64,000 bases of DNA, from contig CAYZHB010000001.1 of assembly GCA_964478245.1 (NCBI GenBank), forward strand, positions 43,249 to 107,248, in the 5' to 3' direction. Made by a program: the position numbers and the translations under genes. The DNA comes from an uncultured Desulfobacterales bacterium. Lineage in GTDB: Bacteria > Desulfobacterota > Desulfobacteria > Desulfobacterales > Desulfobacteraceae. Below are positions 46,401 to 54,996 of the stretch, in pieces. Numbering within the stretch: position 1 is the stretch's first letter; the number at the start of each line of letters is the position of its first letter. The notes below the pieces were generated by a model. That model was not told the DNA's origin and did not search any database. It worked only from the letters and a program-made list of their open reading frames with translations.

Positions 46401-49106
46401 GTCCGGACAGGCCTCGATCACGGCATGGGCGGCGCTGCCGTCAGCTGTCATCGACCCGATCAGTGCCGTCCGTTTGGAAGCTGGCGTTTCTTTGATCCAG
46501 TATCCCGGATACACAGGGATATGGAAACGCCCGGAAATAAAATTGTGAAAGGCCGGGATGCGAAATCCGGCAAGGGGCGGCAGTATGCCGGTATAACAGG
46601 CAAGAGCGGCCTGTATAAAAGAGACAAGGGCCGACACCCCTTTGGTGTCCCCGACAGTGCCGGACGCCGAGCTCACCGCTGTCCGGAAAGGAATGTCAGC
46701 ATTTATGGAAGCGGTGTTTTCACCAGGCGCCTTATCGGGGTTGTCCCCGGCGGCGGCATCAAGAGCGGCCGCTTCCACTGTATCCGCTTGCGGGTTCCCG
46801 GAACCATGGGCTGCGTACAGACCGATCCGGTGGAAATCGACGGATGCGTCATGGAGGGTCTTTTCAAGAGACGCCTTGCAGACATCTGTCATTTCGTCGG
46901 TATTCCCGGCATCTTCCCATGCCATGGGACCGGCGGACGCACTGCCCGTGCCCCTGATCACACAGTAAATTCTGTCATTGTCGGCTACGGCCCGGTCCAG
47001 GGGTTTCAACACCACTGCGGCGGCCCCTTCAGAAGGAACGGCACCGTCCGCCGCCCGGTCAAAAGGACGGGCGGTCCATGTCGGTGAAAAAGGGCGCACC
47101 GTTTCGTCAAGGGAAAGCTGCCGCGGATCGCATGCCATGTCCACGCAACCGCACAGAAAATGGCCCGCCTCCCCGGAAGAAACGGCGTTTACGCCTGCCT
47201 GAAACGCTTTTATGCCGGAGGCGGCGCCTGCCGACACGGTAAAGCAGGGGCCGCCCAGCTTGAACTCCCTGGCCACCCGGCTGGCCACAATACCGCCGAG
47301 TGCCCCGAGGGTCCGGCTCGCGGTAAGGGGCGGGGCAACGGCATCAGGGTCATCTTTCCCCAGGCCTGCGGTTTTCCAGCGCCGGTAATAGTCTGTCGCC
47401 TTGAAGTCGAAGGCGATGCCAACGGCCGCACCAAAGTCTGTTCTCGGTTTTTCGTCCTTTGCCGGCCGGTGGGCAAAGCCGGCATCTTTCAGCGCCTCTT
47501 TTGACGCTTTCAGCATGAGAAGCTGGTTCGGCAGTATGTCATCCATCTGGTTGGGCGGAATGTGAAATTCACCAGGCGTTAAATCCGCCCACTTCGAAAA
47601 AGAGTTTATACCGCCGGAGATCGGTTCACCGGAAAAGACCCGGCTGAAAAAATCCGTCAACCCGTTGCAGGTGCCGGTCAGAATGCCCATGCCGACAACC
47701 GCGACCTGCCGGCCGACAGGTTTAAACCCGGGTGCCTCCTGTGTCACGGCGGCCGGCCGCCGGGGCGGAGTGAAAAGTTTCGTGCTGTCGGTGTTGTGTT
47801 CCCTGACAAGCATATGGGCATTGATGCCGCCGAATCCGAAGCCGCTCACAGCCGCTTTTCTGACATCGCTGCCTGTCGGGGTCTCCCAGTCGGAGACATC
47901 TGTCTGCACCGTGAATCCGGTCTGTTCCAGGGGGCTGTTTTCAGCGGGCGCGGAAAAATTGAGTGACGGGGGCAGGAATTTGCCGTTCATGGCCACGAGG
48001 GTTTTGATCATACCGGCCGCTCCTGCCGCGGTGAGCAGGTGCCCGGTCATGGATTTGACCGAACCGATGGCGCACTTGTACGGGGTGTCTGCCATATCAT
48101 GCCACACCGCTGCCATGGAGTTGAGCTCGATTGTATCACCGACAGGCGTGCCGGACCCGTGGCATTCCACATGCTGAACATCGGCGGGCGACCAGCGGGA
48201 AAGCCGGTATGCCTGTTTCATCGCCCGCACCTGGCCTTCAGAGGCCGGGGAAACGAGGCTGCCTTCAATATCGTTGGACATGCCGCAGCCGGATATCACG
48301 CCGTATATGGGGTTTTTTGCGGCAAGTGCATCCTGGAGCCGCTTGAGCACCATGATCCCGGTGCCTTCTCCGACCACGAGACCGTCCGCTTTCCTGTCGA
48401 ACGGCGCGCACCTGCCGGATGGCGAGAGCGCCTTGAGCTGGGTAAAACCGATCTGCGTGTACAGAAGATCGGTTCTTGAAACACCCCCTGTGATCATCAT
48501 GTCGGCCCGGTTACAAGAAAGTTCATCGCATGCAAGCTTCACGGCGTAAAGGGAGGAAGCGCAGGCAGCATCCAGTGTAAAAGTTCCGCCTTTAAACCCG
48601 AAAGCCCTTGCGATAATGGCGGCCGGCAGCGAGACAACCTCTGCCGCGGCCGCCTCGGCAGAGGTGATCGCCGCTTTTTCCCGGTGCATGATTTGCCATG
48701 CGGTTTCAGACGCGCTTTCGGTGGGAAGGGATATGGCGGCAAGGATCACCCCTGTCCGTTCTCTTAAATCCTTATTCACGGAAAGATTTACAAGCGCCTT
48801 TCTGCCGGCCTTAAGCACCAGCTTGTGCGTCGTGTCGAGCTGTTCCAAAAGCCCGGCCGGCAGCATAAAGCCGTCCGGATCGAAAGAGAAGTCCGTGATC
48901 ACGCCCGCCCTGCCGGATACCGCTGTATCCGGCATCGATCCGGGTGACAGGACCTTCTCTTTGGGCAGCACCCACCGGTCCGCGGGCACCTCGATAATGG
49001 CCGGTTTTTTTTCCAGAAGGTTTTTTTCAAAAACCCCTATGTCGGAAGCACCCGGAAAAATACAGTCTGTCCCGACAATGGCAATTTCATGGGGTCGGTT
49101 TTTCAT
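43410..49106 (-). CDS. PUFA-synthase-like (PfaC / myxobacterial Pfa3-like) multidomain enzyme: KS - CLF - AT - FabA-type DH
   Basis: - KS (aa ~5-437; nt 49094-47796): DAACASS Cys182, ECHGSGTPVGD, KSMTGHLLTAAG.
- CLF (aa ~467-900; nt 47708-46407): SAGAAS replaces the active-site Cys.
- AT (aa ~1015-1320; nt 46064-45147): GHSLGE Ser1116.
- Ala-rich linker.
- Double hot-dog DH (aa ~1498-1890; nt 44615-43437): HWFLTCHFTDDRVMPGTLMYE.
- I saw no ACP, KR or ER motif. Confidence 0.8.
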   Translation of the reverse strand: MKNRPHEIAIVGTDCIFPGASDIGVFEKNLLEKKPAIIEVPADRWVLPKEKVLSPGSMPDTAVSGRAGVITDFSFDPDGFMLPAGLLEQLDTTHKLVLKAGRKALVNLSVNKDLRERTGVILAAISLPTESASETAWQIMHREKAAITSAEAAAAEVVSLPAAIIARAFGFKGGTFTLDAACASSLYAVKLACDELSCNRADMMITGGVSRTDLLYTQIGFTQLKALSPSGRCAPFDRKADGLVVGEGTGIMVLKRLQDALAAKNPIYGVISGCGMSNDIEGSLVSPASEGQVRAMKQAYRLSRWSPADVQHVECHGSGTPVGDTIELNSMAAVWHDMADTPYKCAIGSVKSMTGHLLTAAGAAGMIKTLVAMNGKFLPPSLNFSAPAENSPLEQTGFTVQTDVSDWETPTGSDVRKAAVSGFGFGGINAHMLVREHNTDSTKLFTPPRRPAAVTQEAPGFKPVGRQVAVVGMGILTGTCNGLTDFFSRVFSGEPISGGINSFSKWADLTPGEFHIPPNQMDDILPNQLLMLKASKEALKDAGFAHRPAKDEKPRTDFGAAVGIAFDFKATDYYRRWKTAGLGKDDPDAVAPPLTASRTLGALGGIVASRVAREFKLGGPCFTVSAGAASGIKAFQAGVNAVSSGEAGHFLCGCVDMACDPRQLSLDETVRPFSPTWTARPFDRAADGAVPSEGAAAVVLKPLDRAVADNDRIYCVIRGTGSASAGPMAWEDAGNTDEMTDVCKASLEKTLHDASVDFHRIGLYAAHGSGNPQADTVEAAALDAAAGDNPDKAPGENTASINADIPFRTAVSSASGTVGDTKGVSALVSFIQAALACYTGILPPLAGFRIPAFHNFISGRFHIPVYPGYWIKETPASKRTALIGSMTADGSAAHAVIEACPDTTCRETDRFTLPFQKRGIFILRGKSEPALICEIHRLRQFAGTGSVYVAAKKWYDDTSDQPRMPHTLSIVADSTADLLSWLDRAERAVRQGESTDIKEDQGVAYTLTPMAGQGKLAFLYPGSGNHFLQMGRELGLMFPDILQEMAEKGHSLKQMFLPHLYYPWRLSWDKDWQENARQNIRENPHHMIFGQIAYGILMTAVASRFNIAPHAAMGHSLGESAMLLSLGVWPDAGAMRRRMENTDLFTHKLSGDLSLARKVWQMGPKEPVRWVAAAVNRSEEAIRKRINSYERVYLLIVNSPEETVIGGEETAVRRFIKDTGCGAMFLEGVVSVHCPVAQEAAPAYRDLHRFECRPDPNIDFYSCFLGERYVPEEERTAELILQQALHGFDYSALIQNAWRDNVRIFLEIGPGASCSRLVGKTLASEEHLSVSLSSGEASEGTAFLKGLAKLAANGVDVDLGPYFKVTPSRREKTTATPGVNAGPVTGAADPTSINAENFASAAAAGTPDAIAIENLSETLSCAGLHEKFLALTRDNMAACEVQFQALTRIAGRLTDNMAAEHAILSEHNRPAAAAEGSAATDDTAVASAPAGKKNSRQEPLFDRDMCMAFATGKAATVLGERFHIVDSYPVRVRLPDEPLMLVDRIMAIEGEMCSLSSGKIITQHDVKADAWYLDGGRAPVSISIEAGQADLFLCSYLGIDHAVQGKRRYRLLDAKVTFHRPLPVPGETIEFHIEIDRFLKQQDVYLFFFHYRGYIDGAPFISMRDGCAGFFTPEEIQNSQGIVLKQNEKRKSFGGRPWLPPARARNAAFDDQQVNALRSGNLSQAFGKKFDGCTLGRGLRLPGGRMHLIDRVTLFEPEGGRFRLGAITAQADIRPDHWFLTCHFTDDRVMPGTLMYECCAHALRIFTLRMGWISERDDIHWDIVEGFESDLKCRGPVTCDTRKAGYYVEVKEMGYAPEPYVKADARMFADDLQIVLYRDMGMKMAGLSRNDIEAIWRR

Positions 49107-49289
49107 AGCCGCATATATAAGACCTTACGCGGGAAAAGAACACCCGTCCTGTGTAAAAATTGTGTAAAAAAGTTCAGACTAAAATTCGGTTGACTTAAAG
49201 CGGGGTGCTGGGGTATGAAATAGAGAGTAAAAAGGGCGGACAATGGAAAACTGCTGACTCACCAGGTAAAACTGAACAGGGGTGGTCAC

Positions 49290-49799
49290 ATGACGATGAA
49301 AAAATGTATCAACTGCGGCAGTGAGGTCAACGAGCAGCAAAAAGTGTGTCCCGAGTGCGGTGCATCACTGGAACAGTCCAAATCACTGGGGTTTATTCCG
49401 TTTCTGTTGATTATCCTGATAGCGGTCACGATCATGAGTTATTTCGGATCCAACCGGCAAGATTCGGCTGAAAAAGAGAGCGGTGCCAACACGCCGCAGG
49501 TTGAAAAAACCGGCACGGAAGGGGGAACGTCAACTCAGGGCAGTGGAGCGGCGACTGCTTATGCGTTTGTCCAAAAGACCGTCCGGGAGCGCCTTGAAGA
49601 TTCAGGGCGCGTCACGTTCCCTTTAAAGGGTGAAGTGAACATACTGAAGATCGGTGCCGCAAATTATATTGTAAAATCGTATGTAAATGTGGCAAACGAA
49701 TCCGGTGAGACAACATGGCAGGAGTTTGCCGCCGAGATTGAAAAGGGTGCCGGAAACAGCGGGTGGCGCCTGATATCTCTGGCGTTTTCTGACACATAA
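49290..49799 (+). CDS. Zinc-ribbon membrane-anchored protein
   Basis: CINCGSEV...CPECGA zinc ribbon, one TM helix (FIPFLLIILIAVTIMSYF), then a ~100-aa extracytoplasmic domain. Confidence 0.6.
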   Translation: MTMKKCINCGSEVNEQQKVCPECGASLEQSKSLGFIPFLLIILIAVTIMSYFGSNRQDSAEKESGANTPQVEKTGTEGGTSTQGSGAATAYAFVQKTVRERLEDSGRVTFPLKGEVNILKIGAANYIVKSYVNVANESGETTWQEFAAEIEKGAGNSGWRLISLAFSDT

Positions 49800-49817
49800 G
49801 GTCGGCCGGATATCCAG

Positions 49818-51098
49818 ATGGAAATCTACAATGCCGTCAGCCTGGCCGGGCTTTTTGTACTGCTTCTGGCGGCGTGGCTTCTCTCGAACAACCGGCGGGC
49901 GGTCAATTTCAGACTGGTGGCCTGGTGTGTGGCCGCACAGCTTGTACTCGGTGTGCTGATATTCGTTTTGATTGCGGCCGTGCCGGACGCGTTCAATCCG
50001 TTCCTGATCCTCAACGATTTCGTGACTGTTTTAATAGCGGCTTCAAAAAAAGGCACCACGTTTGTTTTCGGCGAGCTGGCGAATGAAGAAAAACACGGAT
50101 TTATTTTTATCGTTCAGGCGGTGCCCACTATCATTTTTTTCTCGGGGATCGTGGCGATTCTCCAGCACTACCGGATCCTGCCCTGGTTGATCGGGATGCT
50201 TGCAAGGCTTTTCAGCTCCCGGCTGCGGCTTTCCGGTGCGGAATCCCTGGTCGGGGCTTCCAATATTTTTGTCGGTATCGAATCGTCCCTGATGGTCCGG
50301 GATTATATCGGCCGGATGACGCTGTCCGAATTGACAACCATACTTGCCTGCGGTATGGCAACGGTGGCGTCCAATGTGCTTGCCCTGTATGTTTTCGCCC
50401 TTCAGGGAAGCTTTTCTTCCATAGCGGCCCATCTTGTTTCGGCCTCCGTGCTCTCCGCGCCGGCCGCCCTGGCCATGTCCAAAATGCTGTTTCCGGAAAA
50501 TGAGACCCCCGTGACCGTTGGAAAAGATGTGCAGCCGGATTATGAAAAGAGTGCGTTTTTGTTCGAGGCGATCATTAAGGGTACCCAGAGCGGCGTCAAG
50601 TTGACGGTGGGGATTGTTTCCCTGCTGATCGCCATCCTGGGACTGGTGGAACTGGCCGATATCCTGCTTCAGAACGGGGCCGGCCTGTTTTCCCCGACAT
50701 TCGGACTGGATCTGAAAACAGTACTCGGCTATCTGTGTTATCCCCTTGCCCTGGTTATCGGGATTCCGCCGGCGGATGCCTTCGAGGTGGGACAGTTGAT
50801 CGGCATGCGGGTGGTGGAAACCGAGGTTCCCGCGTATTTTGCCCTCGGCCGGATGGTGGAGGCGGGTACCCTGGCATTCGCCCGCTCAAAGGTGATTGCC
50901 GCATATGCGTTGTGCGGATTCGCCCATATTGCATCGGTCGCCATTTTTGTGGGGGGGTATGCCGCACTGGCGCCGGACAGAACCGCGGATCTGGCCCGGG
51001 TCGGTATAAGGGCCCTGATCGCGGCCACGCTGGCCTGCCTGATGACCGCCTGTATTGCAGGGACCTTTTTCATGAAACATTCAATCATATTCTCCTGA
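49818..51098 (+). CDS. Concentrative nucleoside transporter (NupC/CNT family)
   Basis: GTTFVFGEL..., IIFFSGIVAILQHYRILPWLI, LSGAESLVGASNIFVGI, and a C-terminal CGFAHIASVAIFVGG. These are collinear with E. coli NupC as recalled. Confidence 0.8.
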   Translation: MEIYNAVSLAGLFVLLLAAWLLSNNRRAVNFRLVAWCVAAQLVLGVLIFVLIAAVPDAFNPFLILNDFVTVLIAASKKGTTFVFGELANEEKHGFIFIVQAVPTIIFFSGIVAILQHYRILPWLIGMLARLFSSRLRLSGAESLVGASNIFVGIESSLMVRDYIGRMTLSELTTILACGMATVASNVLALYVFALQGSFSSIAAHLVSASVLSAPAALAMSKMLFPENETPVTVGKDVQPDYEKSAFLFEAIIKGTQSGVKLTVGIVSLLIAILGLVELADILLQNGAGLFSPTFGLDLKTVLGYLCYPLALVIGIPPADAFEVGQLIGMRVVETEVPAYFALGRMVEAGTLAFARSKVIAAYALCGFAHIASVAIFVGGYAALAPDRTADLARVGIRALIAATLACLMTACIAGTFFMKHSIIFS

Positions 51099-51200
51099 CT
51101 GCCGGAACATTCAAACAGTCGGCATTCCTTCCCCCCGGTGCATGCCTTTCAATTATCTTCCGGAACAGCTCCCGTGATGCAGGGATGGTCTGTCATGCGG

Positions 51201-52547
51201 CTAATACGGGTATATCCATTCGATTTTTTTGAGGAAGGATTCAAGATACCGGGATTTTACCTGTTTCATTGCGAGCGCCTGTTTGAGGGGGGGCAGGTTT
51301 AAAATGACTTTCAGTACAGCCGCCATTGCCCTGTGGCTTTTCAGAACCTGATTGTCGAAAATCAGGTTCTGAAGTTTTCCCCGCTCCAGTGCCATGATCA
51401 CGGCCCTGTGCACCCCGTTCAACGGCGGTATGATCTTTTTTCCCCGCGATCTGAGGACGATATTACCGACAGGGCAGGCCCTGACACAGAGCCCGCATCC
51501 GAGACAGATATCGCTGTTCAGACGGGCTTTTTTTGTTTTGGGATCTGTTGGATCATTGGCGGAGACCAACGTCATGGCTTCAACAGGACATCTTTCCACA
51601 CATTTGCCGCATCCTTGGCACGCCGACTGGTTTACTTCGGGAATAAAGCCGGTGGTGTGAATGGGAGCGAGTACGGAAAACCGCTTATGAGCAAGCATGG
51701 CTTCACAGCAGCAGCCGCAGCAGTTGCAGATGAAATTGAGCCGGTGTCTTACATTGTCGCCGAACTGGACGAGGTTGCTCTCCCAGGCCTTATGCAGCAG
51801 TTCCATTCCTTCGGATTTGTCCGTTTCCCTTGCATGGCCGTGTTTTATAAGGGATTCGGCCGCATTGTTGAATGTCATGCAGGTGTCCATGGGGGCGTTA
51901 CAGGCTTTTCCCATATGATACATTTTATGGCGGCAGTAGCACAGGCTGATCCCCATACAGGAGGCCGACTGTATCACCCCGGTGGCCCGCTCCCACTCCA
52001 GCACCACCAGGGAGTTGTCCTCGTTCAGTGCGGGTTCATGCACAAAGGTCCTTCCCAGCTGTGTTTCCCCGCCAGCGAAGAGGTCTTTGACAAAATCCCC
52101 TTCCACGTTGAGGTACTCATAAAAGAGGTGGCTCAGCAATTTCTGATCCACATCTTCCCGGATACGCATCATTGAAAATTCGAAAAAACCGGCCATAGGG
52201 GGCGGCAGTACATATATGGTCTCGCCGTTGTGGTCGACGTCAAGAAGAATCGCCCTCGATGCAAGCGTCTCAAGGATTTTACGGGTTTCGGCAATATTCT
52301 TTTTCCAGACACGGCTCGCCTTTTCCGCGGTAAACGGTTTAATGGGCAGAAGGGAAACGAGTTCAGCCTCTTTTTCACTGAAAAGCATCTCCAGAATTTT
52401 AAACAGGAGCCGGGATTCAGGGGCGCCCTGCGGAAACTGATTCAGCCGGGCCGTGAGATGCCGATATGCCTTTTTCGTATTGTGGTGCGCCATAACAGAC
52501 CGTATCCTCTTGCCCGAAAATGTATCCTCGGGGGAAAAGAATGTCAA
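51201..52547 (-). CDS. Fe-S protein, paralog of 5002..6057 (wHTH-like N-terminus, CCGCCC cluster, 2x[4Fe-4S])
   Basis: ICNCCGCCCEAML, CQGCGKCVERCP, CLGCGLCVRACP. An alternative, paralog-consistent start is the ATG at 52493. Confidence 0.65.
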   Translation of the reverse strand: MTFFSPEDTFSGKRIRSVMAHHNTKKAYRHLTARLNQFPQGAPESRLLFKILEMLFSEKEAELVSLLPIKPFTAEKASRVWKKNIAETRKILETLASRAILLDVDHNGETIYVLPPPMAGFFEFSMMRIREDVDQKLLSHLFYEYLNVEGDFVKDLFAGGETQLGRTFVHEPALNEDNSLVVLEWERATGVIQSASCMGISLCYCRHKMYHMGKACNAPMDTCMTFNNAAESLIKHGHARETDKSEGMELLHKAWESNLVQFGDNVRHRLNFICNCCGCCCEAMLAHKRFSVLAPIHTTGFIPEVNQSACQGCGKCVERCPVEAMTLVSANDPTDPKTKKARLNSDICLGCGLCVRACPVGNIVLRSRGKKIIPPLNGVHRAVIMALERGKLQNLIFDNQVLKSHRAMAAVLKVILNLPPLKQALAMKQVKSRYLESFLKKIEWIYPY

Positions 52548-52624
52548 GGCTGTTGTAATCTTTTGACCAAAACTGCATGCGGAACAGCTGCGGGCGTTTT
52601 TTCCTGACAGGGAAAGGCCGGTTA

Positions 52625-52730
52625 TTGGTCGTTTGAAACCGGGGCCGTGCCTTCGGTTTCAACCGTCAACGATTGAAACACTTGACAGAGATAAAAGCGG
52701 CGGGTCTGGCGTCTCGAGATGGTCGTAGCT
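52625..52730 (+). repeat. Family-1 repeat, degenerate copy D
   Basis: TTGGTCGTTTGAAACCGGGGCCGTGCCTTCGGTTTCAACCGTCAACGATTGAAACAC, followed by a diverged 3' part that ends GATGGTCGTAGCT. Confidence 0.55.
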
Positions 52731-52758
52731 GCTTTTTGAAAAAATGATACTCCTGGAT

Positions 52759-53502
52759 CTATAAGGACAGAATGATGCCCATCACAACGGAAAAACAGAG
52801 AACGGCAATGGTGATTCCCATGAAAGCGATCCCCGCAACTTTATGAATAAGATGTTCGCGGACCCTGTCATTGTATCCCAAAAGCCAGCCGGTGAAAATA
52901 CCTGCCAGAAGACCGCCGCCGTGCCCCCAGTTGTTGATGCCCGGGACCAGCAGACCGAAAAGGGCAAGGCCGAGAATCCATCCCATGGTATGTTTATATA
53001 TGGCCTGGCCCCACATACCGCCCCGGGATTTCCCGAAATAGAGGGCCGCACCTATGAGCCCGCATACGGCCCCGGATGCACCGATTGTAAATCGGATCCC
53101 CGCCAGGTAGGAGATGTAGAAACCGGCCGTGCCGGTGATCGTATATATAATAAACATCCGGTACGGACCGTATTCCCTGGTTACTAACGGGGCGAGCTGG
53201 CTGAAAGCGATCATGTTGAACACAATGTGGAGCAGGCCCCCGTGCAGCCAGTTGGCCGTCAGAAGCGACCACCACACCTGGTACCGGTCTATGGGGATGG
53301 TCCCGGATGCGCCCAGGAAAAAGAGGCTTTCATTGGAAGGCTGCAGTGCCGTAAACGGATTTAAGTTCATGGTGCCTTTGTCCCATCCGATCACAAGGCT
53401 TATGAGAAAAAAGGCGATATTGGTGTAGATGATCGCTCTTATCAGGCGATGAGACGTCAGAACAGGGCCTTTGGGCGACATGAATTTTTCCGGTCGTTTC
53501 AT
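52759..53502 (-). CDS. Rhomboid-family intramembrane serine protease
   Basis: WLHGGLLHIVFNM, GASGAVCGLIGA, HGGGLLAGIFTG. Confidence 0.75.
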   Translation of the reverse strand: MKRPEKFMSPKGPVLTSHRLIRAIIYTNIAFFLISLVIGWDKGTMNLNPFTALQPSNESLFFLGASGTIPIDRYQVWWSLLTANWLHGGLLHIVFNMIAFSQLAPLVTREYGPYRMFIIYTITGTAGFYISYLAGIRFTIGASGAVCGLIGAALYFGKSRGGMWGQAIYKHTMGWILGLALFGLLVPGINNWGHGGGLLAGIFTGWLLGYNDRVREHLIHKVAGIAFMGITIAVLCFSVVMGIILSL

Positions 53503-53588
53503 GATGGGTGGTTTATAAAGTGTTTATGGAACAAAGTCAACAGGAAACGGCTGCCCTGATGGGCCACCAAAAGGAAAAACCCGGCCTG

Positions 53589-54509
53589 TCAGGAGATGAT
53601 GTTGAGATTCAAATCGTTTGCAATGCGCACCGCCTCCCTGAATTCCGCCGCACTCACAGATCTGGAGAGTGATTTGAATTTGTGCGCTTCTCCCACGGGC
53701 CGGTACTGGGACATGACATTTACATAGGTGTCTGCCGAGATTTCTTCTTTTAGAAACGTCATTACATTTTCGGTACCGGAAAGGTTCTCCGGCATGACAA
53801 GATGCCTTACAAGCAGGCCCGACCGGGCGATCCCGTTTTGGTCGATTTCAAGGTCCCCTGTCTGCCGGTGCATCTCCTTTAAAGCGGCCCGGGCGGTTTC
53901 AGGGTAATCCGGTGCCTCGCAGGTCATCTCGGCAACCGCGGCATCCCAGAATTTGAAATCCGGCATATAGATATCGATAATCCCGTCCAGCAGTTTTAAG
54001 GTGTCCACACTGTCATATCCGCTGGAATTGTAGACGAGCGGGATATCAAGGCCGTTGCGGCTGTCGGCGGCAATATCCAGCGCCGCCAGGATCTGGGGCA
54101 CCACGTGGGTGGGGGTGACGAAATTGATGTTGTGGCACCCGATGTTTTTGAGGTGCAGCATCACAGCCGCCAGCTGTGACGGATCGGCCGCCTCTCCTTC
54201 ACCTTTATGGCTGATATCGTAGTTCTGGCAGAAGCAGCACATCAGGTTGCAGAAAGAGAAAAAAATGGTACCGGATCCGTTTGTTCCCACAAGCGGCGGC
54301 TCTTCCCCGAAATGGGGGCAGAAACTGGCCACAATGGCCTTGTCGCCTGCGGCACAGTAGCCTTTTTCCTGTTCAAGCCTGTTTACGCCGCACCGCCGGG
54401 GACACAGCCGGCAGGCCAAAAGTATCTGCCCGGCCTTGTCGGCTCTCCGGGTCAGAATTCCCTCTTTCTGATACGTCACGTAATTTAACGGTTTTGCCGT
54501 CATCAGCAC
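53589..54509 (-). CDS. Radical SAM protein (PflA-like activase family)
   Basis: CNLMCCFC (CxxxCxxC) plus an N-terminal CRLCPRRC...C cluster. Confidence 0.65.
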   Translation of the reverse strand: MLMTAKPLNYVTYQKEGILTRRADKAGQILLACRLCPRRCGVNRLEQEKGYCAAGDKAIVASFCPHFGEEPPLVGTNGSGTIFFSFCNLMCCFCQNYDISHKGEGEAADPSQLAAVMLHLKNIGCHNINFVTPTHVVPQILAALDIAADSRNGLDIPLVYNSSGYDSVDTLKLLDGIIDIYMPDFKFWDAAVAEMTCEAPDYPETARAALKEMHRQTGDLEIDQNGIARSGLLVRHLVMPENLSGTENVMTFLKEEISADTYVNVMSQYRPVGEAHKFKSLSRSVSAAEFREAVRIANDLNLNIIS

Positions 54510-54847
54510 GTCAGATGAAAACCTGCAGCAAACGGGGTGCCCTCGGAATGGAGCCTGTTCACGATTTCTGCGGCTTTCTGTGATTTTTCCTCAATCAGGT
54601 TGATGTTTTTCTCTTCCAGAAACTGTTTCAGCGCGGGAGAGGCTTTCATCATACCGGGTTCTCCTCTGCCGAGAACAAAAAACCGGGTGTGCTCGTTTAC
54701 AATATTTTTCACATCGGCCACCTCGGCCACGTGACCCTGTTTCCGCCACCATTCGGGAATGACGTCACCGGCGGCGGAGATGCGTATATCGGTTTTGTAC
54801 GTTCTGCCGTTTACCTTGATTTTTCCGAACGTGTACGATTCTATCAT
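54503..54847 (-). CDS. Mth938-like (DUF498/NDUFAF3-like) domain protein
   Basis: 114-aa reading from the ATG at 54847 (MIESYTFGKIKVNGRTYKTDIRI...). The upstream part of listed ORF 54503..55078 is not credible. 7-nt overlap with the radical SAM start. Confidence 0.5.
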   Translation of the reverse strand: MIESYTFGKIKVNGRTYKTDIRISAAGDVIPEWWRKQGHVAEVADVKNIVNEHTRFFVLGRGEPGMMKASPALKQFLEEKNINLIEEKSQKAAEIVNRLHSEGTPFAAGFHLTC

Positions 54848-54996
54848 GGTATGGTCACATCCTTTCTCTTTTATCCATACTGTAAAAAAACTTTTGGCAA
54901 TTGTCAAAAAGATTGACCCGGCAAATGTTTTTTCCACTTGATCCTTGTGACCAGATCGGTCATCATGGACCCGGCAGATGGATACGGAGGGATTAT

